Source: Phoronis australis
Taxonomy: Eukaryota; Animalia; Phoronida
DNA: 64,000 nt
Direction of reading: 5' to 3'
Assembly: GCA_002633005.1 (NCBI GenBank)
Contig: NMRA01000311.1
Coordinates: 73,839 to 137,838 of the forward strand
The notes beneath the pieces are model-generated. The model did no database searches, was not told where the DNA came from, and saw only the letters and a list, made by a program, of their open reading frames with translations. Numbering within the stretch: position 1 is the stretch's first letter; each line of letters starts with the position of its first letter. The position numbers and the translations under genes were made by a program. Of this stretch, positions 25,301 to 36,600 are shown piece by piece.

Positions 25301-25768
25301 GTTTGAAACATTTGAAAAATGTAAAATATGAAATAAGGAAAATATTTGATGAGATTTTATGAAGAGTTCAGAAATGACAAAAATAGTGTAGGTCTTTAGA
25401 AACTTTAATGTTGGAAATGACACGATTTTGTGAAATTAATAGAAAATGAAAAGACATAATGTTGAGGTTGTTGGTTGTTTTATTACAAAATATGAACACA
25501 CTTGCAGCACCCTTACGTCAACCAATCAGCAGTGTCACTTTACGAAGACTTCTCTCTGCATCGCACCTATATCATCTTCCGCACACTTGGTCTGCGCCAT
25601 CTGACGGTCGTCGATCGACATAACCGTATTCGTGGGGTCATCACACGCAAAGACCTGATGGGCTTCAACCTGGAGGAGAGGCTGCTCACCCTGGAGCATC
25701 GGCGGGAGGGAATGGATGACGAGGGCAACGTAGAGATGACGGAGGGGCGACTACAGCTAGATATATAG
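4210..25768 (+). CDS. Spliced gene, 16 coding exons, CLC-family Cl-/H+ exchanger (ClC-6/7-related branch) with 2 CBS domains, ~856 aa
   Basis: The exons join through GT-AG junctions with matching phases into one 2571-nt ORF from ATG to TAG. CLC motifs present: YESADY, SSGIPE, GPEGPMIHLG, AFGAPVGGLLFSMEE, SGLVVPML, GGVSRLTMSLTVIMMEIT, PLYH. CBS1: HGGFPL...GFITR. CBS2: FRTLGLRHLTVVD...GVITRKDL. Confidence 0.93.
5211..5350 (+). CDS. CLC coding exon 2 (GRDFESAYVNH...YESADYLP...KRQPR)
   Basis: tttttag acceptor and AG|gtac donor; YESxDY motif of ClC-6/7 N-termini. Confidence 0.9.
5524..5671. repeat. 38-bp tandem repeat (~4 copies)
   Basis: Unit acttttagactgccatgcactcataattacttgactaa. Confidence 0.9.
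5710..5941. repeat. 29-bp tandem repeat (~8 copies)
   Basis: Unit tttaaagtctacgtggtcacttttcatga. Confidence 0.92.
6417..6546 (+). CDS. CLC coding exon 3 (LDWDRWLMMGFIG...REYIA)
   Basis: gtccag acceptor and gtaagt donor; helix B-like RW...IG..VG pattern. Confidence 0.92.
6700..7380. repeat. Second, uninterrupted copy of the old dispersed repeat (intron 3)
   Basis: Aligns by eye to 1000-1593 plus 2197-2340 without the TRIM. Confidence 0.75.
7931..8011 (+). CDS. CLC coding exon 4 (DHNFVLAWVWVMGFSLLFLLLSTTSVV)
   Basis: ttccag acceptor and gtaagt donor; 81 nt, phase 0-0, hydrophobic helix. Confidence 0.85.
8265..8440 (+). CDS. CLC coding exon 5 (FLRPSAGSSGIPEL...GPEGPMIHLG)
   Basis: ttttcag acceptor and GG|gtag donor; selectivity-filter and gating-glutamate motifs. 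Confidence 0.95.
8733..9988. mobile_element. Degenerate Tc1/mariner-type non-autonomous element (intron 5)
   Basis: TA|ctgggtgttccaaaaatg ... catttttgtgggtcaccctg|TA: imperfect TIRs with TA flanks. Confidence 0.55.
10044..10136 (+). CDS. CLC coding exon 6 (SLVGAGLSQFKSDTL...FRNSEDR)
   Basis: ttttcag acceptor and AG|gtgcgt donor; typical GAGLSQ...FRN..D motif. Confidence 0.93.
11547..11790 (+). CDS. CLC coding exon 7 (RNFISAGAAAG...FSMEEVSSFW...YILFQ)
   Basis: tttcag acceptor and CAG|gtatcg donor; AFGAP and proton-glutamate motifs. Confidence 0.95.
13429..13623 (+). CDS. CLC coding exon 8 (VKNGLAVNILAFIP...VVEPVIII)
   Basis: ttgccag acceptor and gtaagc donor; IG.FGG.LG.LF helix. Confidence 0.9.
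14150..14238 (+). CDS. CLC coding exon 9 (VCFVTISVFLPLAFGC...EKNS)
   Basis: ctcttag acceptor and AG|gtgag donor; phase consistent with both neighbours. Confidence 0.85.
15013..15149 (+). CDS. CLC coding exon 10 (luminal loop LCLNTG...NYTCP...NGSFNQ)
   Basis: ctttcag acceptor and G|gtttgt donor; Cys-containing loop with N-glycosylation sequons NYT, NTT and NGS. Confidence 0.85.
16099..16270 (+). CDS. CLC coding exon 11 (ATLLFVNGEHAIHHLF...SSGLVVPML)
   Basis: ttgtag acceptor and gtgagt donor; helix M/N motif. Confidence 0.93.
17012..17195 (+). CDS. CLC coding exon 12 (YIGGCYGR...DPGAFALIGAASFFGGVSRLTMSLTVIM)
   Basis: gcctag acceptor and gtaagg donor; strongly conserved CLC helices O/P. Confidence 0.95.
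17862..18031 (+). CDS. CLC coding exon 13 (MEITNDIQFLLPIM...HPLYHALLELKCIPHL...)
   Basis: ttttctag acceptor and gtaagt donor; contains the central tyrosine in helix R. Confidence 0.95.
19059..19235 (+). CDS. CLC coding exon 14 (CBS1: AKHIMSSP...HGGFPL...GFITR)
   Basis: ttgtag acceptor and AG|gtaagt donor; CBS motif. Confidence 0.92.
19366..21111. mobile_element. 1746-bp non-autonomous DNA transposon, copy 1 (intron 14)
   Basis: CATG...CATG termini, imperfect TIR (catgctatgaacattcccactaaa vs catgtcgtgaacacatccactaaa), 2-bp TSD AA; nearly identical to 23548-25293. Confidence 0.88.
22229..22293. repeat. Short tandem array of a palindromic unit
   Basis: aagtcacttagaagtgactt x3. Confidence 0.75.
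22487..22682 (+). CDS. CLC coding exon 15 (LEITVLLMNE...RLYVNL)
   Basis: gcccag acceptor and gtgcgt donor; phase 2-0 fits; inter-CBS linker. Confidence 0.88.
22860..22970. mobile_element. ~110-bp hairpin MITE; diverged relative at ~62400-62495
   Basis: cggtaatggtctgatataacgtgcccg..tgagaaccagttt pairs with aaactggttctca..cgggcacgttatattagactattgccg. Confidence 0.7.
23548..25293. mobile_element. 1746-bp non-autonomous DNA transposon, copy 2 (intron 15)
   Basis: Same termini and length as copy 1, same orientation, offset 4182; 2-bp TSD GT. Confidence 0.88.
25508..25768 (+). CDS. CLC coding exon 16 (CBS2, to stop)
   Basis: ttgcag acceptor; HPYVNQS...FRTLGLRHLTVVD...GVITRKDL; TAG ending at 25768. 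Confidence 0.95.
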   Translation, partial: HPYVNQSAVSLYEDFSLHRTYIIFRTLGLRHLTVVDRHNRIRGVITRKDLMGFNLEERLLTLEHRREGMDDEGNVEMTEGRLQLDI

Positions 25769-26753
25769 GTACTGATCATGTGTACGTGTCCCGTTCTGGT
25801 TATATGTAGCAAGTCTCTGACTGTTCTGTCCCTGGGACAGTTATGACTAGTCATGTGGACTTTGTGCTTGACTTGTACCTGTTACGGTCTGGTTATATGT
25901 TGCAATATGTGTTGACTGTTCTGTCCCTGGAAAAATTACAACTCGACATATGGACATTGTCCATGTGTACCTGTTACAGTCTTGTTATATGTAGCAATAT
26001 GGGTTGACTGTTGTGACCAATTTGAGGATACACAGTTCTTGATAAGCGTAACAAAGCATAATGTTGTTTTTCATCATCACGGGCAAGTCTTTTTAATAGC
26101 AAAAATGACTCGGGTAATGCCAACTATGTTTCAACTATTGATTGGCTTATCCATCTTACTAACTTTCCCATTAACTCCTATTCATTGTCAGCCATTAGGG
26201 GACACTAACTCTAACACAGAATATAGTTTCTGCTTGAGTGCCTTGAAGGGGAATTCTTCCAGTACGTATATCTTCAATGTGTACATATCTGTGTCTTGCA
26301 AATTGTTAACTTTTCTAACTTTCTGACGCAGATTGGTTACAATTGGGTATTATTATATAACCACTGACCTTGTCCTCTGATTGGCTGAAGCGCTGTACCA
26401 TAACTTCCAATGTGATATAATGTCCATTGGCTACATGCTGCTTGGACGCCAGATGTCGCTATTTGCTATCTGACCAATCACACGCTGTAGAAACTATAGA
26501 CCCTGACCACTAAGTACATCAAAGAAGGTAATAAAATGCTAATCTTAAAAGAGACAAAAAGTCAGAGGAAAGAAGAATCAGTGGTCTTGTATTAAACCAG
26601 TATCTTTGTGTATCGTCCATGTTTGTTGTCTGCAATATTGACTGTCCTGCAGTACTGTTATTCAAACAACGGAGAGGCTTTGTACATTGCGTTAATCTTA
26701 ATTTTGAATTCTGTACTGATGTAGAGAATTCACTAATATATTAATTAGGTTAA

Positions 26754-28407
26754 AGGAGAATGCCACCTAAAAAACAACCTACTTTGTAGCAATTTAGATC
26801 GAGTAGTTCTACTCGATAACGGAGGTTTGGTCGCGTTACCTGACACCTGACGGCAGACGGAGGTGTTGAAATTATCCAATGACGTAATTGGTTTCACTCG
26901 CAGTCTGTTCAGCAGTTCACAACACGGGTTAGTGGTGTCAGCTTATCACTTGAAGTCATTGTTTAACACCAATAAATCATCAAACTTCGATGTAAAACCC
27001 TTAAAAATACATCCAGTTCTTATAAAAACGTGTTGTTTTATTTCTCTGTTACATTGGATTTACTGGTATTTGGTCACACCATAGCTTACAAAGTTCGGCA
27101 GGCCAATTTACCAAGATCCGTAGCAGGAGTTTGGGGTCTGTTCGGAGATAAATTCGAAGTATTCTCCGTGAAATACCGACAGGAGAACCTAGATCTGTGT
27201 TGTCTATAGTTGTGATTTTTTTTAGTTCTAAACACACAAAACGCTTGTTATCCCGGCCAGTGGCTCGGAACCCGATCAGGTCCGTCGTGGCCGCCGGGAC
27301 TGGCACGAACATAAACCAGCTTGAGTTGGAAACTAAACCTCCAGTCACGAAAAGACTATAATAGTGAGCCAAAGAGATAATGTGCACATAATTATTTAAT
27401 GTGAATTAGCCACAAAACTGAAAATCTACTTGTCGGGGGCCGCTAAGTCGGGTTCTCCTTCCACAGACCGTCAGGGGAAAGGTTGTACAGTAACAATGAT
27501 TTGAATAATGTATTTGTGTTTCTAAATAAAGATACCCTAACATGTGAAAAAATCGAGTAATTGTTTCACAACAGCTTTCTGTCAGCAAACACTGAATTAG
27601 CATGCACTCACACGGCCTCGGTGCCCAGTCAGTTACCTTTCTTGCCGACTTCAAAAGCCGGTAACGCAGTGGTTTATTCATTGCTGGCTTCTCAAAACAT
27701 TTGCAACCACGAGCACTCCAAGGCATTACAAATTATATCGAATGAGACAGACTTTGTTTCAGTTTCATATAAGCGTTGGTTAGGATCATTTTAGGATGAG
27801 AATAATTCATTTTGAAACAGAACGCAGAATAATAAACGTCTACACGGCGCCAATCCCGACTTAGTCAGGAGCTCATCCGATGAAGACTTCACGGGTCTGA
27901 TCGTTAGGTTTCACAGGCTATCAGTTAAATTTGAACCGGAATACACTGATCAAGAAATACTAGAGAGGCGCCGTGAACATGCATAGGCAACGGAACTTAT
28001 GGATAGTTCTTTGGTAAGCCGGAATTAGCAGAGAAATCACTCGACAAAATGCCGGCCACACACACGGAGATGTTTCACGGCCTCATACTTGCTGTTAACA
28101 GCGTACCTTTCATTCCTCACTACTGCGAGCCACTTCCTTAGCATTTCGGGCTCTCGAGGAAGTCGAAAAAACGATATACCCGCTTTCTTCGCAGCTTCAT
28201 AGTTTGGACACGAGGGAACCGATGCACCGCAATATGGCGGCATTCACTCTGCAGACGAACCATTGACGTCGCTGCGTCGCTTCTCACCTTCCTCACAGGT
28301 TAACGCGACACCTCTCGGCAATGTGAGGTCAACTGGCTGAGAGGGGATGTGGATATAGACCGATCAAGACAGTAAAAAAGACTAATTAAATCAGGTGGCA
28401 TTCTCCT
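26754..28407 (-). mobile_element. Kolobok-type DNA transposon derivative (1654 bp)
   Basis: Perfect 15-bp TIR AGGAGAATGCCACCT, TTAA on both flanks, purine-purine termini and an internal THAP ORF. Confidence 0.88.
28037..28243 (-). pseudogene. THAP (C2CH) zinc-finger domain ORF, truncated transposase N-terminus
   Basis: MPPYCGASVPSCPN...SFFRLP...W...LRVCGRHF matches the THAP signature (C..C, P, W, CxxHF); stop codon follows almost immediately. Confidence 0.82.
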
Positions 28408-29274
28408 TTAAAACCGAACTATGTATCAGCAGTACAATTAAATTTCTCACTGAGCTCTTTTACAAGGCATTTAGCATACTTGTTGGACCGAAAAATTCGA
28501 TACCATATTGTGCTGTGTGACATAGTGCGGTAACTTCTATATGGTAGTGACGTCATGCATGGTCTTCAGCATAGAAAGCAGTTCTACAATACAGTTGGAA
28601 CGATCAATGAATGTCACAAAAATCAGCGTGAAGTCATGCATGGAAATATAATGAGCCAATTGTTGAACAACATTTTTGTAATTAAAATTGACATTATCTT
28701 CCAATTTTGCTAATTTACCAGGTTTGTGGCATTTTGTTTTATTTTAAATTGACGAACCCTGAAAAACTGGAGAGCATGTTGTAGAATATAATTTGAACAA
28801 TCGGCAAATTCCCTTGGAAATGTCTATGGTGCTCATGGTAATATAATACGCCATTTGTTTCTGCTGCCATCTACTGTTGAACTTGTATTTTATAATTTCA
28901 TCAATTGGCTGTTTGGTTCATAGTTAATTTTCCGAATCACATATCATTAATAAATATTTTTGACGTAATCATGAATGTTTAAGTACCCCCCTATACACAT
29001 GTGGGCGCATATTGTCATTGTCTGGTGTGCATCCGTGTCTCATCTTTCAATTTTGTTTTTATGATTTGATCATGTATAACTTTTGCAAATTTCTTGAAAC
29101 CTACATAGCTGGGCAAAGTTAGTTTGCTTATATTGTGACTTGAATATTATGGTATTGTGAGTTTAATACGTTAATGTTCTTGTTGACTTAAAACAGGTAT
29201 TTTCAGCCATAATATTTTTATCAGATAATGCAAACTTTGTTAGAGCAAATGTTTTAAGAAATGTAGGTTTTGTA

Positions 29275-29953
29275 AGGCCCTTTCATACTTAAGTCGACGT
29301 GTCGATGTTTTGGGGAGTTGCGGTCTGTAGGAACAGTTAAGTTTGGTCATGGATCGAAGTTAACAGCTCCAGTTTACTTCACTGTAAACAGGTGGATTTA
29401 ACAGCAGAGCGTCGACGCTGCGGTGCAGTATGAATGGTCAGCTTCGGTCTCCTGGAAGTTATCACCAGGAGTCACTGTTCTCCTCATCAATTAAAGGACA
29501 GTGTCATCACTAATAGTTGCTTATGTTTCATTAAAGGACAGTGTCATCGCTAATAGTTGCTTATGTTTCATTAAAGGGCAGTGTCATCGCTAATAGTTGC
29601 TTATGTTTCATTAAAGGGCAGTGTCATCACTAATAGTTGCTTATGTTTCATTAAAGGGCAGTGTCATCGCTAATAGTTGCTTATGTTTTGCTCGAATAAT
29701 CACCAATCGAATTAGAAATAAGTTTTATGTCAATTAGCATTAGGTAAATGTTCTGAAATTTTCACTTTAAAAAAATCTTAGCGTGCCTGCTATGCATCAG
29801 TGCTACCTTACGATTACTTTGATGACAACATCGTCACCTACCATTTACTTTAATGCCCGTTTACTACCAAAGCCGTAATGAACGGTTCAGTTAACTTCGC
29901 AGATTATGTCGACGCTCCTATCAGACCGGAGTTATGTCAGTATGAAGGGGCCT
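29275..29953. mobile_element. MITE with Harbinger-like termini and an internal minisatellite
   Basis: TIR aggccctttcatact / agtatgaaggggcct; flanks read tgtaa on both sides (a 3-bp GTA or 5-bp TGTAA duplication). Confidence 0.65.
29491..29688. repeat. 40-bp tandem repeat (5 copies)
   Basis: Unit ttaaagg(a/g)cagtgtcatc(a/g)ctaatagttgcttatgtttca. Confidence 0.92.
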
Positions 29954-30646
29954 GTAAACATATGATCAAAGTGTGGTCACTAAACAAATGTTATTGTGTT
30001 GCATATATTTTTATTTTGTAAATTACACTAAAAATAGTAATGTATACCTTATATAATATTTCACGCCTGTTTTATTAATGGCTGTGAAATTGTGTTCTTT
30101 ATTATCCCAATAAAACAAATTATTATGTACCCTATTACAAGCACTCGCCCATTCAGAGGGTCTTCTAACAATAACTTCCACAAGTTTATTAACTGTAACA
30201 CGTTTTTGAATAACTGCTTAGTGGTGTATTTAGAAAAATCCCTGGGTGCTTTCGTGATTCAAAAAGATTTCAGAGAATTTCCAATGTATAGGTGCTCTGT
30301 TGTGTTCATTTTACTTGGTTTTGTGTGTTATCAGGAGTGGCTATGAGTTTTCATTAAGCGTTGAATGTTGGACTATAAAGCCTGAACGCAGATCAAGCAA
30401 TATTTTGTGATTTTATCTACTTTGTTCTATAATGTCCTGCTTACTGATTATGAAAAATAAAAATTATGACAAATAAAGCTGTTGTTTTAGTCATCATTAT
30501 ACTTAATAGATGTCACTAGTGTTTCACAGTTCAGCTGTATGATCAATCAACCATAAATTGTCAAGGGAGGCAATTACACATTTTCTGTATCTACCTGTTT
30601 CAAACATGAATTACACATCTCAATAGGACAAAAACAACAACCGGGA

Positions 30647-30690
30647 TGTGTGTGTGTGTGTGTGTGCGTGTGTGTGTGTGTGTGTGTGTG
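30647..30690. repeat. (GT)n microsatellite
   Basis: Direct reading. Confidence 0.95.
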
Positions 30691-32682
30691 CCTAAAGCCC
30701 CACCTGTGGTACAATACAGGAAAACGTTTACATAATCCAACACAACATGAATGAAAACTGCACTCAGTGAACTCAGCACTCCCCTCAATCTTCTAAAGTG
30801 TGAACTTGTCTTCCTTGTCAACAAGGCCGTACCCAGTGGCATGTATTTAGAGATTTTTTCACAAGGAGAAAAATGGAAGACTGGTTTACAAATAAAACAT
30901 GATTACGTAATAGTATTTGTATCAGCTACAGATGTGTCAGTCACATGTGTTGGCTCATAGTAACAAAGGCGAAATCACCAGGTATTCAGGTGTTAATTGA
31001 CACTTGTTGAACTACAAAATGTTTCATGGACTGGCTGATATGTCCTTGGAGTTTGTTTTGATTCTTATCAGAATGTTTAATTAAATGTACTTGTTATGAC
31101 TGATCAAATTATGTGGCAGTACAAGAGCCATGGGAAATGTTGTGTTGATTGTCAATCTGCAAAACATGTCTTGTTACTTAAACACTCGGTGGTTTCATGT
31201 TTTCATGTAGTTGGGCTTTATCAACAATTGGCAAGCACACAAATTTGCAAAGACTACAAATTATAATATCATTTTCATTGTTTTTAGTATAACATGGACC
31301 AATTCTCAGTGGGGTCATTACATATTTTATAATATACCAGCTCCTTATTTTTTCATATGTCTATATTTCTGTTAATCTGTTTGTCCCAGTTTTAAAGAAT
31401 ACAAGAGAAGTGCTTTTCATAGTATAAGAATCCAACATGTTTTCGGCATTGTCTTTTTCACCCCCTTTATGTTGATTGTGGGTACGAGATCTTCCCCAGT
31501 CTTTATTTTATGATAAAGGAATCCTGTGTATGTCTATCATCGTAGATCATTATCAGAATATTAAAGTGTTGAAAACAGATTGTTTTATGATGTCATTATT
31601 AATTATTAATATATGCAAATACAATATTACTGTCATCTGAAACATCTTTGCCATTTGCAGCTCAGAGCAGTTGCAAAATTTTTAAGCAATAGGATGCCGG
31701 GTCTCGGATAGAAATCTCCTGTCTTGGAGGTACGATTATGCGTTGCAGTCAAGCATTGTTTTACAAAAAATGTTGGATTGAGTCTAGGAATCACGGCAGC
31801 AAATATCACATCCACGGGTACCTCTGAAGTGCATTCAACTTTCTGGCATCGGAGTTGCAGCCCACAGCACTGTAGTAAAAGTTAGTGGGCAGTGTGAAAT
31901 TTCCAAGTCTGTGAATTTTACATGCATACTTTTCTATTTTTACTCTTAAGTCTATATACACCTGGCTTGCCAACTTTAGAAACAGCACTGCTNTACATAA
32001 CGCTTAATCGTCGTGAGAGACCGTCCCGAGTTGGTATGTGGTGCAACTCGGGACGGTCTGGGGTCTACAGAAAACCATAGTTCAACTGTGAGTCTACACC
32101 AATGTGATAAACGAGAGTAGTTCTACTTGCTGCATCAGCTGCTAGTATGCTTATCTCTTTTATGACACACAATGTGCGACTGGGCAAAGCGTTTTCAAAA
32201 TAATGTGGATAAATCAGTGGAGTGTGAAACCCCTGAGGTCCCTGTCAAGTCCTCACGGCAATTTTACGTTATGGGATGCCGGGTCTCGGATAGAAATCTC
32301 CTGTCTTGGAGGTACGATTATGCGTTGCAGTCAAGCATTGTTTTACAAAAAATGTTGGATTGAGTCTAGGAATCACGGCAGCAAATATCACATCCACGGG
32401 TACCTCTGAAGTGCATTCAACTTTCTGGCATCGGAGTTGCAGCCCACAGCACTGTAGTAAAAGTTAGTGGGCAGTGTGAAATTTCCAAGTCTGTGAATTT
32501 TACATGCATACTTTTCTATTTTTACTCTTAAGTCTATATACACCTGGCTTGCCAACTTTAGAAACAGCACTGCTATTGATTATGCACTATGGATTTTTTG
32601 CACTTTTTACTCACTGGATTTGTTTGTATAAGGATCTTTACTTTTCTGAATTTAGTATTTTCAGCAATAGACCTATTTTTCA

Positions 32683-33664
32683 AATTGTTCTAAAACCCCC
32701 TAGACCCAACACCCCCTGAACTGGCCACAACCCCCTCGACCCAAAGCCGGGTTCGGCTCCATCAGGTTATCGACTCACCTTCGGCTTTGCTGTGTCTGTA
32801 CGGCTGTACGAACCGGCACAACTTAGCGGCAGCAGATAGCCACACGTTTCAAGCGCACCATAAACAACCAGGAACAACACACCTTTTCTGAGAGAAACAC
32901 CAGACAGACTTCTGAAGCACCGAAGACAGGCCGATGCTTCTTTCGTCCCATAGCAGGACAGGAATGGCGACAATGGACAGGAATCGCGAACCATTTTTCA
33001 GTTTGGCGGATCAAGCTGAAACTACAGCCGGCCAGGAAAGTTGGCACGCGAGCTGACACGCGAGCTGCCATTTGCTCTGTCAGGGAGTACACTAATGTGT
33101 CCGTCAGCTGTAACAATGTCTCATGCAACAAAACTCAAAATTCAAATTTATTACATCAAGACATGGGCTGTGTAGCACTGAAATAAGTGGAGGGCTATAG
33201 CCTCCAGCTCCCTATGGTGCGCCGTCCATGCAAGATTGTTTTTCAAAAGGGGTAAATTATAGTAGACATCTTTAATGACAGTCCCATAATTTCAATAGAG
33301 AGACAAAATCAGCAACAATCCTGATGAAATGCCCAACGTTTTACTGAGAATTACTCTGATTCTATCTTAGACAGACAACACTTCAACAGTTGTTTGGAGC
33401 TTTTTCATAAAAATCGTTGATTTTCTTATGTGAGTGTGCTTTTCTTATGCTTTTATTTGAAAAAATCTGCGAGGCTAATGATTGTCGACCTCTTTGTTCC
33501 ACCACGTAACGGCAGTTAAGTCTTCAAGGACAGTCCCTTGACAGCGACGTAATAAGATTATGAAATATGTAAAAAGCCCAAAAATACCTCTATTGCCACA
33601 GGTCGTGGGTTAAGGGAATCGTGGGTTGAGGGGTTGTGGGTCGAGGGAGTCTTAGAACAATCCC
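32683..33664. mobile_element. Mutator-like MITE (~980 bp)
   Basis: Imperfect TIRs attgttctaaaacccc..gaccc / gggtcgagggagtcttagaacaat with subterminal repeats; 9-bp TATTTTTCA on both flanks. Confidence 0.6.
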
Positions 33665-36600
33665 TATTTTTCAGAACTAATTCTTATCCAAAGTTCAAAT
33701 TATCCAGACTGCTCTTCCTTCCTCTTTGAACACAGGTTCACACTATCTTCTAAAAATAAATAAATCCCCCATTCCAATTAGTTGTTACATAACAATGTGA
33801 TATATGAAGATGTCATACACATCCTGTCATCTCTAATTAGACACAGAATTGTTTGAGATAATTGCCTGTTTATGTTAGATACAAAGTTGAATTAAAGTAA
33901 AGTGGTTTACTGAGGAAAGTGATTTTATCAAAACATTTGGTCATTGCCAGGCCTCACAAATTGTGTTCAGGGGGGTCACTGAGTCGCTGATGAGAAATTG
34001 TTCCTGTTGAAGTTGTTCTGACACCACTGAGATTTTCCTCATCAAAATTTGAAACAATAGTCAGGATGAACAACTGCCGGAATTGTGGTACTTATGTTGC
34101 TCCTATTGGCAGGTATTGACACTAGACTACTATTAATTGAGTAAACAAACTGTGAAAACTTCCCGAGGCAATATTCCAGGCAAGTTTGGTAGAATTCAGA
34201 ATACTGGGTAAAATCGTGTCTCGTTGTTCAAAAAATTTTCTGATTAAATTTTTAGCGAAAAAACAACGGGGCTACTTCCATTAAATTTCGCATGGGTATG
34301 GAACTGTCAACTGTGTGATAAAATTGGTGCAAGATGAAAAAAATGCATTGTCATGGAAACAGCAGCATTGTCATGGTAACCACCTTGAAATCTTTGTAAA
34401 AGCAGTGTAAGACACAGCAGATGCTATTTTCAAGAACAATGAAATCTCACAAATTTAGGACACCATGAGACAACTATTGTAAAGATTCATATTTTCATTT
34501 GATTGTTAAGATAAGTTGCACTAAATAAACTCTTCACTTAAAGTTGTATGCCATGGGCTCCATCAGACAATGTTTAGACAGAGAAGATAATAGGTAAGCC
34601 TGTAAAATGGATAAGGTCAGTTTAATCAGTTATTTTTGTCTAAAATTTGAGATATTACCATGTGGCACACTAAGTTATTTCAAGTGAGTCCATCCAAGTC
34701 ACCCCCTGTCTACAAAATGCAGACAAGAATGTTACTTAACTTGTGAATCAGTTTCGTGTTATAATTAAATTTCATCTGTTGGCCTTCTCATACCTGTCAC
34801 TGGTTGCTTTGTCTTGTATACTAGACTAATTCCTTCCACTTTGCACAGCCATTATCTGCTATTCAAAGTTAATACAATAATAATATACCCATCTGTGTCG
34901 CCTCTTGTTATTCAAATGCTTGACGTGTAAACTAATCATATACCAATTAAATAAACCACATCAGGTGTGTTGAAATGATAGGTGTCAAACCTGCTGTTCC
35001 TCTTGAAACTGAGAAAAATTAGTTGATATTTTAGTGCCTATTATTTATTATATCATTAATCTTATGATGCGCAGAATAATGGTACATTCATAATATTTTT
35101 GTCGTTGTTGCAACCTGATCATGAACCAAATTCGTTATTTCCAGTTTTAAAAATAAGTTACTCTCAAATGCTATACATGGGTTCTTATCTCTTACTAAGA
35201 AGTTACAGGTGAGAATGTTTGATCACGCAGTATATATGAAGGTTCTTTTAGTAACTCAGAGAACCATTTCTTTGGTGTGCCTGAACGAACATGACAAAAT
35301 TGGTGTTTGCATGACAAAATTGGTGTTTTGCATGTTCGTCAACCATGATTGGAAGTTCCTGTGAATGTGATTCAGTATTCTCAGGATGTTCTACAACGTG
35401 ATACTTAATTTGTGAATGTGAAAAAGACTTGGCATGAAAGCTGCAAGGTAGTAACGTTGAAGGGGGGAACTGGTGGCAACAGGAGAATTGAAGGTCACTG
35501 AAGGTCACGATTGGCTGGGGGAGCAATGAAAATCTGACGTCCATGAAACTTAAAAAAGTGACGTGAGTCATGAAGTTGATAATTTTATCTGTGTGAACTG
35601 TGATGCGAACCCTCCTTCACTCCTAGCTGAATGATGGAGTGCTGTTGAATGAAACGTGTCCCCTTTATTCAAATCAAAAATGTTGAAATTGTGTTTTATT
35701 TACCATATATAAAGTGTACTTGCTACCACAATGTGTTCTGGTTGACTTTTAGTATCATGTTGCTAATAGCCAGATTAATATCATCAGCTATTTCATGAAT
35801 AGTTAGTCCTGAACACTAACACATGTAGGTCGTTGGCACTGCGGCTGATAAAAATCACTTGTTGCCAAGTATAAAATTCACATTTAGTCATTGCAAAATT
35901 GCATCAGTGTACATATATGAAATTGTCATTTGTTAGAACTGGAGCTGAAGGTGATTTATTTGAAATTAATTATGGAAAATTCTGTGCGAGGGTTACTGAA
36001 TCCTTGACTGGCGTATCTTCTTAAATCTGTGAAAGTCTGAAAACCAAGAAGTGTAACTAAAATGTCCCATTTTTGAACAATACTATATTTTTGCGACACA
36101 TTTTTCATGTTCAGATTTTTTAGTCAAAGCAGCAGAGGGTCAAGTCCAATTGCAGTAGTGTTTGCTAGGAAAACAAGATCTCGCAAGATATTGCTGTTTA
36201 TTTTCAGTGAGAGCACATGCTTTTTCGTAGATTTTTCTCGCTGCAAGACATTTATTGAACTCTATGGTGATTTCACCCTCTTTAACTGGCTAAAGGAAAT
36301 TGAATCGGGCCTTTTACTCTTGTAAAAGTGGTTTCATTATATTTCTTGCAGTGTTGGAATTCTTTTTCTGTAATGAACAAGAATATCGAAACCATTAGCA
36401 ACTCAAGAAAATGTGTAAGATTTTGTTGCGGTGATGGTTAACCCAAAAGATTGGATGAAGGTAGTAACACATTTTTTAAAAAACCCAACTCATGTAACTG
36501 CTTTGGTAAAGAATTCAGCATTGAGAAGTATACAATTACAACCAATTCCTTCTAGTGGGAGGATGCCAAGAGGCCTGATATTAATCTTTGTTTTGTTAAT

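Noticed and set aside
31692-32574. Identical 301-bp direct repeat (31692-31992 and 32274-32574), considered as an LTR pair
   Set aside because: The first copy ends exactly at a single N (31993) and there are no TG..CA ends, PBS or TSD. It is most likely a contig-overlap or haplotype assembly artefact.
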